64,000 bases of DNA from positions 224,001-288,000 of the forward strand of contig CAWJQI010000005.1 in assembly GCA_963845085.1 (NCBI GenBank), in the 5' to 3' direction. This document shows positions 10,193-19,790 of this stretch, in pieces (the stretch's first letter is position 1; every line of letters begins with the position of its first letter). The DNA comes from Candidatus Fermentibacterota bacterium (GTDB lineage Bacteria; Fermentibacterota; Fermentibacteria; Fermentibacterales; JCC-6). Under the pieces are notes generated by a model, which had not been told where the DNA came from, ran no database searches, and was given only the letters and a program-made list of their open reading frames with translations. Both the position numbers and the translations under genes were made by a program.

Positions 10193-10699
10193 CTAGATCA
10201 GACGGCTGTCGTAAGCCCAGTTCATGAGAGCCTGCCTCTGTCTCGGCCTGCAGCTCTGATCGCCGGTCCGGCAGTTCTTCCTGAGTTGCGCAATGTGTCT
10301 TGTCATGGCTTTCCACCGCCGTATCTGGCGCTCGTCGTCGGCTCCCCTCCGCCCCATGAAATACCTGCAGTACCACTGAAACCAGCCTCTCGGATCGTCG
10401 GGATTTATCCATCCCTTGGCCTCCCAGACGAAAAGTGGCTGGGATGCGTTGACGCCGAAGAAGTTCAGGGCGGGGTCGTGCCGCGTGTGGCAAAGCTTCG
10501 CCCCCTCGAACCAGTCCGGAGGAAACTCGCCCCTGCAGTCCGTCATGTACCTGCCCCCGAAAACACCGAGATGAAGCATCTGCTTCGGGGTGAGTTCAGG
10601 CAAGAAATCCCGGTGAAACTCCGTTCCCGCCGGAACCGTGAGGAAATAGGTGTAGCCCTGCTGCATCAGGTCGTTAACGACAACCTTCACGGGGATCAT
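10193..10699 (-). CDS. conserved hypothetical protein (LGVFGG.Y / DPRGWFQWYCRY family)
   Basis: Motifs PELTPKQML.LGVFGG.Y, DPRGWFQWYCRY.MGRR..DD.RQI.RW, RQ.L..WAYD, typical of a widespread uncharacterised family. Confidence 0.75.
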   Translation of the reverse strand: MIPVKVVVNDLMQQGYTYFLTVPAGTEFHRDFLPELTPKQMLHLGVFGGRYMTDCRGEFPPDWFEGAKLCHTRHDPALNFFGVNASQPLFVWEAKGWINPDDPRGWFQWYCRYFMGRRGADDERQIRRWKAMTRHIAQLRKNCRTGDQSCRPRQRQALMNWAYDSRLI

Positions 10700-10771
10700 G
10701 ACACCACCTCCGGATCAGCCATTGCGACTCATCGAAGTTATTATACGGCGGTCACTGAAAAAGGGGGGGCG

Positions 10772-11827
10772 ATGGCACGGGTTGTGTTCGTACGGCAGGA
10801 GAATACCCTTCTCGCGGGAATTCGATTCGTTCTTCACCGGCGGGCGGAACTCACTCCCGCTCTCGGGCGTCTCAATGCTTGTGTGCCGGGTGCGATCATA
10901 ACGGGCCCGCCGGTGCTCGTGCTTCACTACATCAGCAGCGAGAGCAGCGGAACACTTGTTGAACTCGGCCTTCCCGTCAGCGAACCGTTCAGGGCCGACG
11001 ACATCCATACCTTCACTCTTCCCCGGGCGGAGTGCCTGGCCGTGACCCATTCGGGTCCCCTTTCCGGGCTGGGAGATGCCTACGGGGAACTCTACGGCTG
11101 GGCGGACGAGCGGGGCATAGTCTCCGATGAGTACGGGGTCGAGGTTCTGCACGACATGAACGATTTCGACAACTGCACCGTGGAGGCCCGACTCGTAATC
11201 CACAAGTGGGAGAAGCTTTTGCGGAAGAGCCTTTCTCGGGTTCTGGGCGACCCCGCGGCGGAACATGTGTTCGGAGGCTGCAGCGAGCTCGCGGAGGGAA
11301 CGGAACTTGGCACGCGGTTCGAGCTGGTGAAGGGCGCGATGGAACGGCTGGACAGGGTTGGGGATGAATTTGAAAAGTATGACTGCGTTTCAAGCTGCGC
11401 ACACGTGTTTCCGCAGGAACAGGTTGACAAGCTCAGGGCGGTGTTCCTGAAAGCCGGGGATGAAGGTCTGCCGCTGCTCGAGGCCGTGGACAGGGTGATT
11501 GCCTTCATGAAATCCGATCCCGGGTGGGGCGAGGCTGCCTCCCGCGACGGCTCAACCATCTTCACCGCCAAGGGCCCGCGTGACAGGAAGGCATACGAGG
11601 CTGCAGGCACCCCACGTGAAAAGGCCGCTGCAGCATGCTTCTGCCCGATAATCCGGAAGAAGCTCGACGAAGGAATGCCGGCTTGCTTCTGCTACTGCGG
11701 AGCAGGCTGGTACCGGCAGCAATGGGAGGGAGCCACGGGGCTTCCAGTCAGGGTCGAGGTACTCGCTTCGCTGTTGAAGGGAGATCCGGAGTGCCGTTTC
11801 GCGGTTCACCTCCCTGAGGCACCGTGA
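10772..11827 (+). CDS. GyrI-like effector-binding domain fused to a Cys-rich (DUF6144-like) domain
   Basis: HSGPLSGLGDAYGELYGW (GyrI-like); C-terminal CFCPII...FCYCGAGW...SLLKGDPECRF. Confidence 0.7.
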   Translation: MARVVFVRQENTLLAGIRFVLHRRAELTPALGRLNACVPGAIITGPPVLVLHYISSESSGTLVELGLPVSEPFRADDIHTFTLPRAECLAVTHSGPLSGLGDAYGELYGWADERGIVSDEYGVEVLHDMNDFDNCTVEARLVIHKWEKLLRKSLSRVLGDPAAEHVFGGCSELAEGTELGTRFELVKGAMERLDRVGDEFEKYDCVSSCAHVFPQEQVDKLRAVFLKAGDEGLPLLEAVDRVIAFMKSDPGWGEAASRDGSTIFTAKGPRDRKAYEAAGTPREKAAAACFCPIIRKKLDEGMPACFCYCGAGWYRQQWEGATGLPVRVEVLASLLKGDPECRFAVHLPEAP

Positions 11828-12033
11828 ATTGTTCCCGGCTTCCCTGCCGCGAAAGGCATCGCACTCCGAAATCCCGCTCTCCGCAGCCGTCGGTTCGAAC
11901 CAACCATCGGAAGACGGGGCTGCAGTAAAGCGGGCGCTTTGCTTGCTCTCGAAGTTCCTGTTATTTTAGGTTGTACAACCCGGAACAGCGATTTCACAGC
12001 CCGGGGCAAAATGGAAGGGGAAAAGGGGCCATC

Positions 12034-13152
12034 ATGAGAAGAAATCTGGTCTTGATAACAGCCTTGCTTGTGTTCCTTGCATTCGGGGGATGCGGCAAAC
12101 CGGCGGTTGAGATCACCGCTCCCGAATCAGCCAATGCCGGTTCGGAAATCTCCATCTCCTGGACCGGAACCGTGGCGGAAGGCGACAAGATAGTCGTCCG
12201 CGCCATCGGTGCAACCGAGGGTACCGAGGTCGAGGCGGTCGCCAATTCCGCAAGCGTAACCCTCCCGCTTGAAGACGGCGCCTTCGAGATCGTCTACATG
12301 AACGCAGAGGGTGAAGCCGTCGCCACGAAGGCTCTCACCATCAATGCGAACACCTACACCTTCGAATTCCCCGAGGAAGTCATTGCGGGTTCCTGGTTCG
12401 AAGTCGCATGGACCGGCCCCGACAACGCCAGCGATTACATCACCATTGTTCCCGAGGGCGCCGCCGAAGGCGAGTGGCTTAGCTATTCCTACACCGCAGA
12501 CGGCAGCCCCGTTCAGATTCAGGCTCCTCTTGAGCCGGGTGTGTACGAGGTCCGTTATTCGACCGAGCAGGTCTACCCCAACCCCACCCTTTTCAGCAAG
12601 ACAATCACAGTCATTTCAACCGATTACGCAGTGATGGCCCCCGCCGAGATCACTGCCGGATCTGACTTCCAGGTCGCCTGGCTCGGAGCCGACAACCCCG
12701 GCGATTACATCACGATCGTCCCGGTGGGCACCCCCGAGGGCGAATGGCTCGACTACGACTACACGGTTAACGGCAACCCCTGCACCATCACCGCTCCGGC
12801 CGAACCGGGCGAGTACGAGGTCAGGTATTCATCCGAGCAGGTCACACCGAATCCCACGCTTGCCACCACCCATGTGACCGTTATCCCGGCTGAGATAACG
12901 CTCACCGCTCCCGAATCGGTGCCTGCAGGCTCGGCATTCGAGGTCACATGGACCGGACCCAACGGCGCTGAAGACTACCTCACGATAGTGCCGGCCGGCT
13001 CTCCCGAAGGAACCTATACAAGCTACGCCTACACCTCCTCGGGCAGCCCCCTCTCGCTCGACGCCCCCGCGACACCGGGCGAATACGAGATCTGGTACGC
13101 CTCCGACAGGGTTGCGGGTACATTTGCCAGCATCCCCATTACGGTGGAGTAG
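12034..13152 (+). CDS. lipoprotein with tandem Ig-like repeats
   Basis: Lipobox FGGC; three ~90-aa repeats (F.V.WTGP.N..DYITIVP.G..EG.....Y......AP..PG.YEVRY) plus a degenerate first unit. Confidence 0.8.
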   Translation: MRRNLVLITALLVFLAFGGCGKPAVEITAPESANAGSEISISWTGTVAEGDKIVVRAIGATEGTEVEAVANSASVTLPLEDGAFEIVYMNAEGEAVATKALTINANTYTFEFPEEVIAGSWFEVAWTGPDNASDYITIVPEGAAEGEWLSYSYTADGSPVQIQAPLEPGVYEVRYSTEQVYPNPTLFSKTITVISTDYAVMAPAEITAGSDFQVAWLGADNPGDYITIVPVGTPEGEWLDYDYTVNGNPCTITAPAEPGEYEVRYSSEQVTPNPTLATTHVTVIPAEITLTAPESVPAGSAFEVTWTGPNGAEDYLTIVPAGSPEGTYTSYAYTSSGSPLSLDAPATPGEYEIWYASDRVAGTFASIPITVE

Positions 13153-13164
13153 AGCTTTCGCATC

Positions 13165-13200
13165 AAACCCCCGGCGGGCAACCGCCGGGGGTTTTTGTTT
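13165..13200 (+). terminator. rho-independent terminator (possibly bidirectional)
   Basis: AAACCCCCGGCGG-GCAA-CCGCCGGGGGTTT followed by a T-run, between convergent genes. Confidence 0.85.
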
Positions 13201-13218
13201 GGAACGAAACTGTGGCGG

Positions 13219-14335
13219 TCAGATCTCCCCACCCCCGCCCTGTGGGCTCACGCCGTCTGTCTCACCGTAGTAGATCACATTTTCCTCTTCGGGATTGAAC
13301 GGGGCGACCGCAATCGACCCGTGGCCCAGCGCAACGAGCCATCCATCCATCTCCTGTTCATTCCCGACAACTATCTCCAGTTCACGGGACGGTTCGTTCG
13401 CCGGTCCGTAGATGTCGAAACACATGCGCCGAACCGGGCCCCTGCGTACCCAAAGGTCTCCGTTGCTGCTGCAGTAAAGGGACTGGACGATGTTGTGAAG
13501 GGGGTCAGCCTCGAACTCGAACCCGGCCTCACTTCCGGTCCCGCGGATCCAGGCGTTCCTCAGCCTTAGTGTTTCGGATTCCATCTCTTCCTGCGTTTTC
13601 CCGACCGGTGTGGCATCCCCTGAAATTGTCGCCAGATGCTGGTTCTGGAGTGTTACCTGGTTGACCTCGTAAGACTCGGGGCTTATCTCGGAGATGAACA
13701 GGGCTTCCCCGTCGGGAAGGACCGAGAATGCTATCGCTGTCTCCTTGATGTAGACAATGGGATGAAAGCTGTCTCGCCAGTCTTGTGTGAAAGATCGTTT
13801 GCCTTGCCGGGTTTGATGGATCCGATACATCCCAGCTGCAGAGCCTTGTTCCACACCCCTCATCCTCGTCGAAGATGTAGTCGAGCCCTATGAGGCAGCT
13901 GTCAGAAATGGCGATCAGGCGGACAGGCGTGCCGGGACGCAGCGCGCACCCGTTGAAAAGCACCTCGCTGCTGCATTCATACCCGGCGTTATAGAAGAGC
14001 ATTTTCCTGTCGGCGGGGCAATTCAGAATGAAGCCCCCGCCGGGCCTTCCTGCCAGTTCTGTTGGCGCCGTGCATTCAAGGGGACCCTCGCCGATTGACG
14101 ATATCTGCATGAAATGCACACCATCCCTGTAAATGTGAACAGCCCCGGATATCTGATCAAGCACTGCCAGATCACCGTTCTCAAGGTAGCACAGGCTTGC
14201 GATGCCAGCCAGGCCATCTCTCTCGACATCGATTCTTGAGAAGAGCTCCACCGTGGAAAGCTGTTCTTCCGGGACGCGCGCTTTACCGCAACTGCAGGCG
14301 AAAAGCAGCGCAATGAAAAGAATTGGTTTGAGCAT
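13219..14335 (-). CDS. 6-bladed beta-propeller lipoprotein, frameshifted near 13770-13800
   Basis: Lipobox-like FACSCG; IGEGPLE..P motif. The protein continues from ORF 13529..14335 into the frame of 13219..13863 after removal of one base. Confidence 0.65.
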
Positions 14336-14361
14336 TGTTTCATCACCGTATCTTCAATTGA

Positions 14362-14396
14362 CCGGCGGACATCATCGAGACGACGATGTCCACCGG
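14362..14396 (-). promoter_or_regulatory. 16-bp RNA stem-loop downstream of the small peptide gene
   Basis: Minus-strand RNA CCGGUGGACAUCGUCG-UCU-CGAUGAUGUCCGCCGG pairs fully, with two G-U wobbles that only work on this strand; no U-tail. Confidence 0.75.
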
Positions 14397-14414
14397 CGCA
14401 GCGCCTGGTTTCGA

Positions 14415-14543
14415 TCAGAAGGGCCACATATCAAGGGTCTGGCAAACGCACTGCATGTAGAAGTGTTTGCACTGCTCATCGCACTGCTCGTTATCGAGCA
14501 TTCCTCCGAGGTCCGGCATGGCCGGGGGATTGACAAGAAGCAT
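14415..14543 (-). CDS. putative RiPP precursor peptide, 42 aa, Cys-rich
   Basis: AAAGGAGG RBS, then ATG 14543: MLLVNPPAMPDLGGMLDNEQCDEQCKHFYMQCVCQTLDMWPF*. Lies directly after a radical SAM/SPASM gene. Confidence 0.75.
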   Translation of the reverse strand: MLLVNPPAMPDLGGMLDNEQCDEQCKHFYMQCVCQTLDMWPF

Positions 14544-15800
14544 TTTTCGCCTCCTTTCCATGTTTCAAGGGTTGCCTGCGAGCCCGATAGTTTTCGAAGA
14601 TGAAGCTCTCGAACCCTTCTTTTGTGAATCTGCATTTGGGGACTCCGCGCTTGAGCAGGGCATCGGGACAACCTCCGCCACATGCGGGCAGCATTCTGCA
14701 GTCTCTGCAGCCTGCCTCGCTGAAGGGGTTCCAACTTTCCCAGACCCTGTAGGATGAAATAAGGCCGCGAAGTGAAAGCTCATGGGTATCGGATGTGTCC
14801 TGCACCTGGTTCCAGCACCTTGCAAGCCTTCCTTCCGGCAGAATCACACAACTCATGAGCGTTGTTGCCGCACAGCCGGGAAACCTCGCATTGAGCCTGT
14901 CGGTGTACAACTCGGCCGTGCAGACCTCCTTTTCCATTTTCATGAGGTTGCTGATCCCTTCGGAAAAGCTTTTCCGATGTTCATAGGTTGTGGGGGCGCG
15001 GTACACGTGTATGTTCTCATCGGTCGCGATCCCACGCCTGAATTCTTCATAGTCGAACTCGTATCCCCCATCGATGTTAACCCTTACCAGAACCTTCATG
15101 TGACGGGCTGCCGTTTTGATGTTTTGGACGACCCTTTCGAAGGTTCCCCTGCCGTCTTTTGTGGTTCGCCTTGTGTCGTGCACATGCGCCGGCCCGTCAA
15201 GCGTGATCTGTGCTGCCGTCACGCCTGCTTCGTGAAGCGAGACCGAAAGCGGCTCGTCGAGCAGATAGCCGTTCGTGACAAGCATCGCATTCGCTTTCCG
15301 GTCAGCATTTCTCACCGCCGCCAGCACCGCAAGGCAAACCCCGGGGTAAAGCAGAGGCTCTCCGCCGTAAAGTGTGGTGTGAATGCCCGCGGGCCTTGCA
15401 GCATCAATCAATTCAACAATGCCGTTGATGACTTCGTCGCTGAGGACTGCGTCGTTCTTCTCGCCCTCGCTCTGTATGCAGTAGGAACAGCTGAAATTGC
15501 ATCTGCGTGTGATGACCGCTGGTCATCCGCATCTCTCCTGCGAACCTCGCCGACTTCATGAGTGTTTCGAGGTAGTACCTCTCATCGAAACCGTCGGGGA
15601 TCACAAATCCCGCTGATTCAAGGGCGTCAAGGGTTGCGCCGTCGCATAGCGGAGGCGTCGAATTCACCCCCGGGTTCGAGAAGCAGCGCTTCCAGGTACC
15701 CGTGATCGCCGTCGAGTTCGAACATGCCCCCGGTGAACCCGTTGAAGATCACGTGAACGCCGTTTCGGCGAACAGACCAGTTGTACCGCGAGTTTTTCAC
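14491..15800 (-). CDS. radical SAM/SPASM domain peptide maturase, split by frameshifts
   Basis: Reconstructed: MKNSRYN..FNGFTGG (GTG 15800), LESAGFVI, CNFSCSYC, YGGEPLL, TNGYLL, QITLDG, SPASM CRDCRMLPACGGGCP. Frameshifts near 15645 and 15520; the natural stop may be TGA 14565-14567. Confidence 0.8.
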
Positions 15801-15949
15801 GTGTGATCCAGATAAATCATGGGCCGAATGTGGCGCATGAAACGTTTCGCAATACCAATGGTTTCATAGTCATTTACCCCAATTCTTTAGCAAGGGGCGC
15901 TCAGATGCCTGCTTCCGTATTCATAAGTACGGCCCGGACGGGCCGTTTT

Positions 15950-18900
15950 TCAAGAGGGTTCGTTCCCCGAATCCAGTGTCACCCTGACCATCCTGGCAAG
16001 CTCGGTACCGGAGAAGGGCTTCTGGATGAAGTTGACACCCTCGTTCAGAACTCCCTCGTTTGCTATGGCGTCTGCGGTATAGCCCGACATGAAAAGGCAG
16101 CGGATGCCCGGAAACAATTCCGATAGGCGCCCCGCAAGAACGGCGCCGTTCATGCCCGGCATGACCACGTCGGTGATGAGCATGTGAACCTGTCCGTCGT
16201 ATCTTCCGGCCAGTGCAATGGCCTGCTCGGGGCTGTCTGCTGTAAGGACGCTGTATCCCAGCCGCTCGAGCATTATCCGTGTCACGTCGAGTATCGCACC
16301 CTCATCTTCAACGACAAGGACGGTTTCATGGCCGTGAACGGTGGTCAGGGTGCGGGACCTTGCAGGGGGGGGAGGCGTCGTTCCATGACGGGGAAGACAG
16401 ACCCTGAACGTGCTGCCCTTGCCGGGTTCGCTGCGCACTTCAATGTAGCCCTTGTTCTGCTTCACGATCCCGTAGACCGTTGCAAGCCCGAGCCCGGTTC
16501 CCTTGCCCTGCTCCTTGGTCGTGAAGAACGGTTCGAAAAGATGCGAAAGCATGGCTGTGTCCATGCCGCACCCGTTGTCTCCCACCGAGAGCAGCGCGTA
16601 CTCGCCCGGGATCGAGCCCGGATGCGCCGAGCAGAAAACTTCGTCGAATGTCACGGCTCCCGTCTCTATCGTTATCCTGCCGGATTCTCCAACGGCATCC
16701 CGGGCGTTCACGCAAAGGTTCGTAAGGATCTGGTCAATCTGGGACGGGTCCATCCGTACGGGACCAAGGCCGGAGGCCGGGTTCCAGACCAGTTCGATGT
16801 TCTCGCCTATGAGACGGCGAAGCATCCGAAGCATGCCGTCCACCGTCTGGTTCAGATCAAGCACTTTGGGAGCGATGGTCTGTTTCCGGGCGAACGCCAG
16901 GAGCTGCCGGGTGAGATCGGCCGACCGTTCGGCCGCCTTTTTTATCTCCTCCAGATCGGATGCGAGGGGATGGTCGCGCTCCACGCGTTCAAGGGCGAAC
17001 TCGGCATGGCCGAGTATCGCTCCGAGCATGTTGTTGAAATCATGCGCAACGCCTCCAGCAAGTCTCCCGACTGAATCCATCTTCTGTGCCTGATAAAGCT
17101 GCTCCTGAAGAATCCCGCGTTCCTCCTCGGCCAACACCCTGTCCGTTATGTCGGTGGTGAGGATCACAACCCTTTCAACAACCCCTTCGTTGTTCGTGAT
17201 CCCGTTGAAGTGCTGGCTGATGATCCGGCGCTGTCCGGTGATGGGGTGCCTTGAATTGGTCTGCATCTCCGAGATGAAGAAATCCCCGCCCCTGGTGAAC
17301 ACCCGTCTCACATCCTCGTGAAAACGGTGGAAGTAGCTGTCCCGTTCATCGAAAGCCAGCATCTCCCGCGGGCGCATGTCATGTCTGATCCGTTCCTCCG
17401 TCATTCCCCAGAGGTTCTCCCAGGCCTTGTTGTAAAGCAGAAGCTGCCCGGTCGGCGACCGGACGGATATGCCGGTACGGGAGTTGTCGATGACCGTGCG
17501 GGCGAGGCTCTCGCTCTGTTGCAGAGCGTCTTCTGCCCTGCCACGCATTATGGCATGGATGATCATCGAACCGAGCAGGTTGAGTGAATCCATTTCAACC
17601 TCGGTCCAGACCCGCTCTGCCCTGATCGCATCGAACCCGAGGAACCCGACAAGGCTTCCTTCCAGCACCATGGGGATCACCATGAGGGATTTGACGCCCT
17701 GCCTCTGAAGGATCTCCTTCTCACAGGCAGCCTGCTCCGGAAGTTCGGAGACCGACGGGACATTGATGATCCTCCCCTCGACGAACCGCTCAATCCACCA
17801 TGGCAGTGGGCATTCCGGCATGTCCCTCGAACCCGGATCAAGGGGCTGGATTGATTCGGCGCACCATTCATGCGTCTTTTCCATCCTTGCGGAGTTGTTC
17901 CGGAACAGAAACACGTAGGCGCGGTCGGCGCCGACAAACGACCCGATGGAGTTGAGCGCCCTCTGAATGACCGCATCGGTGAGGGCGGGCGTCTCCCTTA
18001 TGAACTCGGAGGATGCAACAGAGATGAGCTTTTGCAGCTCGACATGCCGCGAGATTGTTTCCTGTGCCTTTCTGCGCTCAGTAATGTCATGCAGAACCAC
18101 CAGTGTTCCGATGTGCTTCCCTCCCGGTGTGACCAATGTCGTCCTGGAAGCGCTGAAAACGTTGTTTCCGAGAACAATGTCTCCCTTGTCGGAGCCGTCC
18201 GTGAAGAATTCGGAAGCCGGAACCGTGTGCACGGACATGACGCCTTCTGCGGAAACGCTGAATGCGCTCGAGGCGAGAAGCGTTTTGGCCCCCGGGTTGC
18301 TGCTGAGAAGCCTTGACCGCCTGTCGAGCACGAAAACGGCGTCGGGCAGGTTCTCGAACAACACATCCATCGCGAACGGCGTTATGTCGAAAAGCTTCAC
18401 GGTCATTATGCCGATGTAGAAGACCAGCCCGGTTCCCATGAAGGCGACCGGGGTAAGGTCGAGAAACCCGAAGGGCTTGTAGCCGAGGATGAATGCCAGG
18501 TGGGAGATGTAAGGAAGAAGGGCGCCCGCTATGATGAAGGCAACGCGTGCCCTGCTGGGCGACGTATTCCAGAGAAACATCCGGATCAGCAGCGCCAGCC
18601 CCATGGCGACCATCAGGTTGGAGTAGACGATGTGCTGCCACCAGAAAAAGCCGGGACGGTACGTCAGAAAGCTCTGCGTTCCCGACATTCCGAGCGATAC
18701 GGACGAGTAGAAGAGATGGTGCATGTCGTTGGTGGCCAGCATGATAACGGAGATGGCAGGAACGGTGAAGAACAGCGCGACGGCAAGTGGAGAGCGCCTT
18801 CGCACCGATCCTGAATACCTTGCTGCGAACATGAGCCAGAGGACGGGGGAAGCCGCGACCCCAAGGTAGGCCGGAACGAGAAGGGCTTTTTTGTCGGCAA

Positions 18901-19075
18901 GGTCGGGGGAAGAGAGCGAAAGGCCGTAGAAGAGCGACCACAGCGTGACAGCCGCAAGCAGGCGGGCCAGCGCAGAGGCCGCCGGGTTCTGTCTTCTTTT
19001 CCACGCATGGAAGCACAACAGCAGTGAGGCTATCGTGGATCCCAGCAGCAGCATGCCGGCCGGTTGCAGAGTCAT
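15950..19075 (-). CDS. hybrid sensor histidine kinase (HisKA_7TM-PAS-GAF-PAS-HK-REC)
   Basis: 7TM N-terminus (ATNDMHHLFY); GRLAGGVAHDFNN; NLCVNARDA; FEPFFTTKEQGKGTGLGLA; receiver VEDE..TDVVMP..MSGY..KPF. Confidence 0.93.
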   Translation of the reverse strand: MTLQPAGMLLLGSTIASLLLCFHAWKRRQNPAASALARLLAAVTLWSLFYGLSLSSPDLADKKALLVPAYLGVAASPVLWLMFAARYSGSVRRRSPLAVALFFTVPAISVIMLATNDMHHLFYSSVSLGMSGTQSFLTYRPGFFWWQHIVYSNLMVAMGLALLIRMFLWNTSPSRARVAFIIAGALLPYISHLAFILGYKPFGFLDLTPVAFMGTGLVFYIGIMTVKLFDITPFAMDVLFENLPDAVFVLDRRSRLLSSNPGAKTLLASSAFSVSAEGVMSVHTVPASEFFTDGSDKGDIVLGNNVFSASRTTLVTPGGKHIGTLVVLHDITERRKAQETISRHVELQKLISVASSEFIRETPALTDAVIQRALNSIGSFVGADRAYVFLFRNNSARMEKTHEWCAESIQPLDPGSRDMPECPLPWWIERFVEGRIINVPSVSELPEQAACEKEILQRQGVKSLMVIPMVLEGSLVGFLGFDAIRAERVWTEVEMDSLNLLGSMIIHAIMRGRAEDALQQSESLARTVIDNSRTGISVRSPTGQLLLYNKAWENLWGMTEERIRHDMRPREMLAFDERDSYFHRFHEDVRRVFTRGGDFFISEMQTNSRHPITGQRRIISQHFNGITNNEGVVERVVILTTDITDRVLAEEERGILQEQLYQAQKMDSVGRLAGGVAHDFNNMLGAILGHAEFALERVERDHPLASDLEEIKKAAERSADLTRQLLAFARKQTIAPKVLDLNQTVDGMLRMLRRLIGENIELVWNPASGLGPVRMDPSQIDQILTNLCVNARDAVGESGRITIETGAVTFDEVFCSAHPGSIPGEYALLSVGDNGCGMDTAMLSHLFEPFFTTKEQGKGTGLGLATVYGIVKQNKGYIEVRSEPGKGSTFRVCLPRHGTTPPPPARSRTLTTVHGHETVLVVEDEGAILDVTRIMLERLGYSVLTADSPEQAIALAGRYDGQVHMLITDVVMPGMNGAVLAGRLSELFPGIRCLFMSGYTADAIANEGVLNEGVNFIQKPFSGTELARMVRVTLDSGNEPS

Positions 19076-19295
19076 CAGGGATTGCCCTCCAGAAATTCCT
19101 GTGCCAGGACAGTAGCATACACTCTGCACCCGCGGCGTACAATCGGAGCTCCCGCCGGTGCAACAAGAGCATGGAGTGATGCAGGCATCCTGATCAGGGC
19201 TTTCAACAAGGTCTGAAGGACAGACCGTGGCCGTGCCGACAGCCGTATTGTCCTGGATCGCTTATTGACGGCCGGCTTGCGGGCGGCAGCCGGTT

Positions 19296-19790
19296 TCAGA
19301 CTTCCTGTCTGATCTCCACGGGAAGGAAAGTCACACCGGAAAGCCTCTCCATCTCCAGAGCCATCTCGACTGAGTTCTCAATCATCTGGGCGGGCACCAT
19401 GACAGGCAACCTTTTGCCCCGCATCTTCAAATAGAGAGGGCCCTTCAGCCCGGTCGTCCTGGCTTTCACAGCCGATGCCGCGGCAAGCCCGACGAGACCT
19501 CCGCCGAACTCGGCGCCGCTCATGGACGACAGTGTGACCGACTCGACATCCCCCCACCTTCCTGCGACGGTGGTAAGGTATCTGTATGCGAACCCCTCTT
19601 CCGTAATCCCGACGCCTGCTTTCCTGGCGCTGATGATAATCCAGACGCCAAGAGGGATCGTGATCACAAGGATGCAGCACAGAACGCCTGCGAAGACCTG
19701 CATCCCCCTCCAGGCGCCCTTCATGGGGAAGAATTTCCCGACCTGCTCAGCAGCCGCAAGCAGCGCCTTCTTGTCGATGGGCTCAGGCAT
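19296..19790 (-). CDS. hypothetical membrane protein
   Basis: GGGAGA RBS; hydrophobic hairpin CCILVITIPLGVWII. Confidence 0.6.
   Translation of the reverse strand: MPEPIDKKALLAAAEQVGKFFPMKGAWRGMQVFAGVLCCILVITIPLGVWIIISARKAGVGITEEGFAYRYLTTVAGRWGDVESVTLSSMSGAEFGGGLVGLAAASAVKARTTGLKGPLYLKMRGKRLPVMVPAQMIENSVEMALEMERLSGVTFLPVEIRQEV

Noticed and set aside
10181..10771. N-terminal extension of the 548-aa ORF
   Set aside because: It overlaps the conserved minus-strand gene 10193..10699; the better start is ATG 10772 after a G-rich RBS.
12400..13110. Periodic DNA repeats as a CRISPR array or mobile element
   Set aside because: They are degenerate 270-nt in-frame repeats coding protein domains, with no identical repeats separated by unique spacers.
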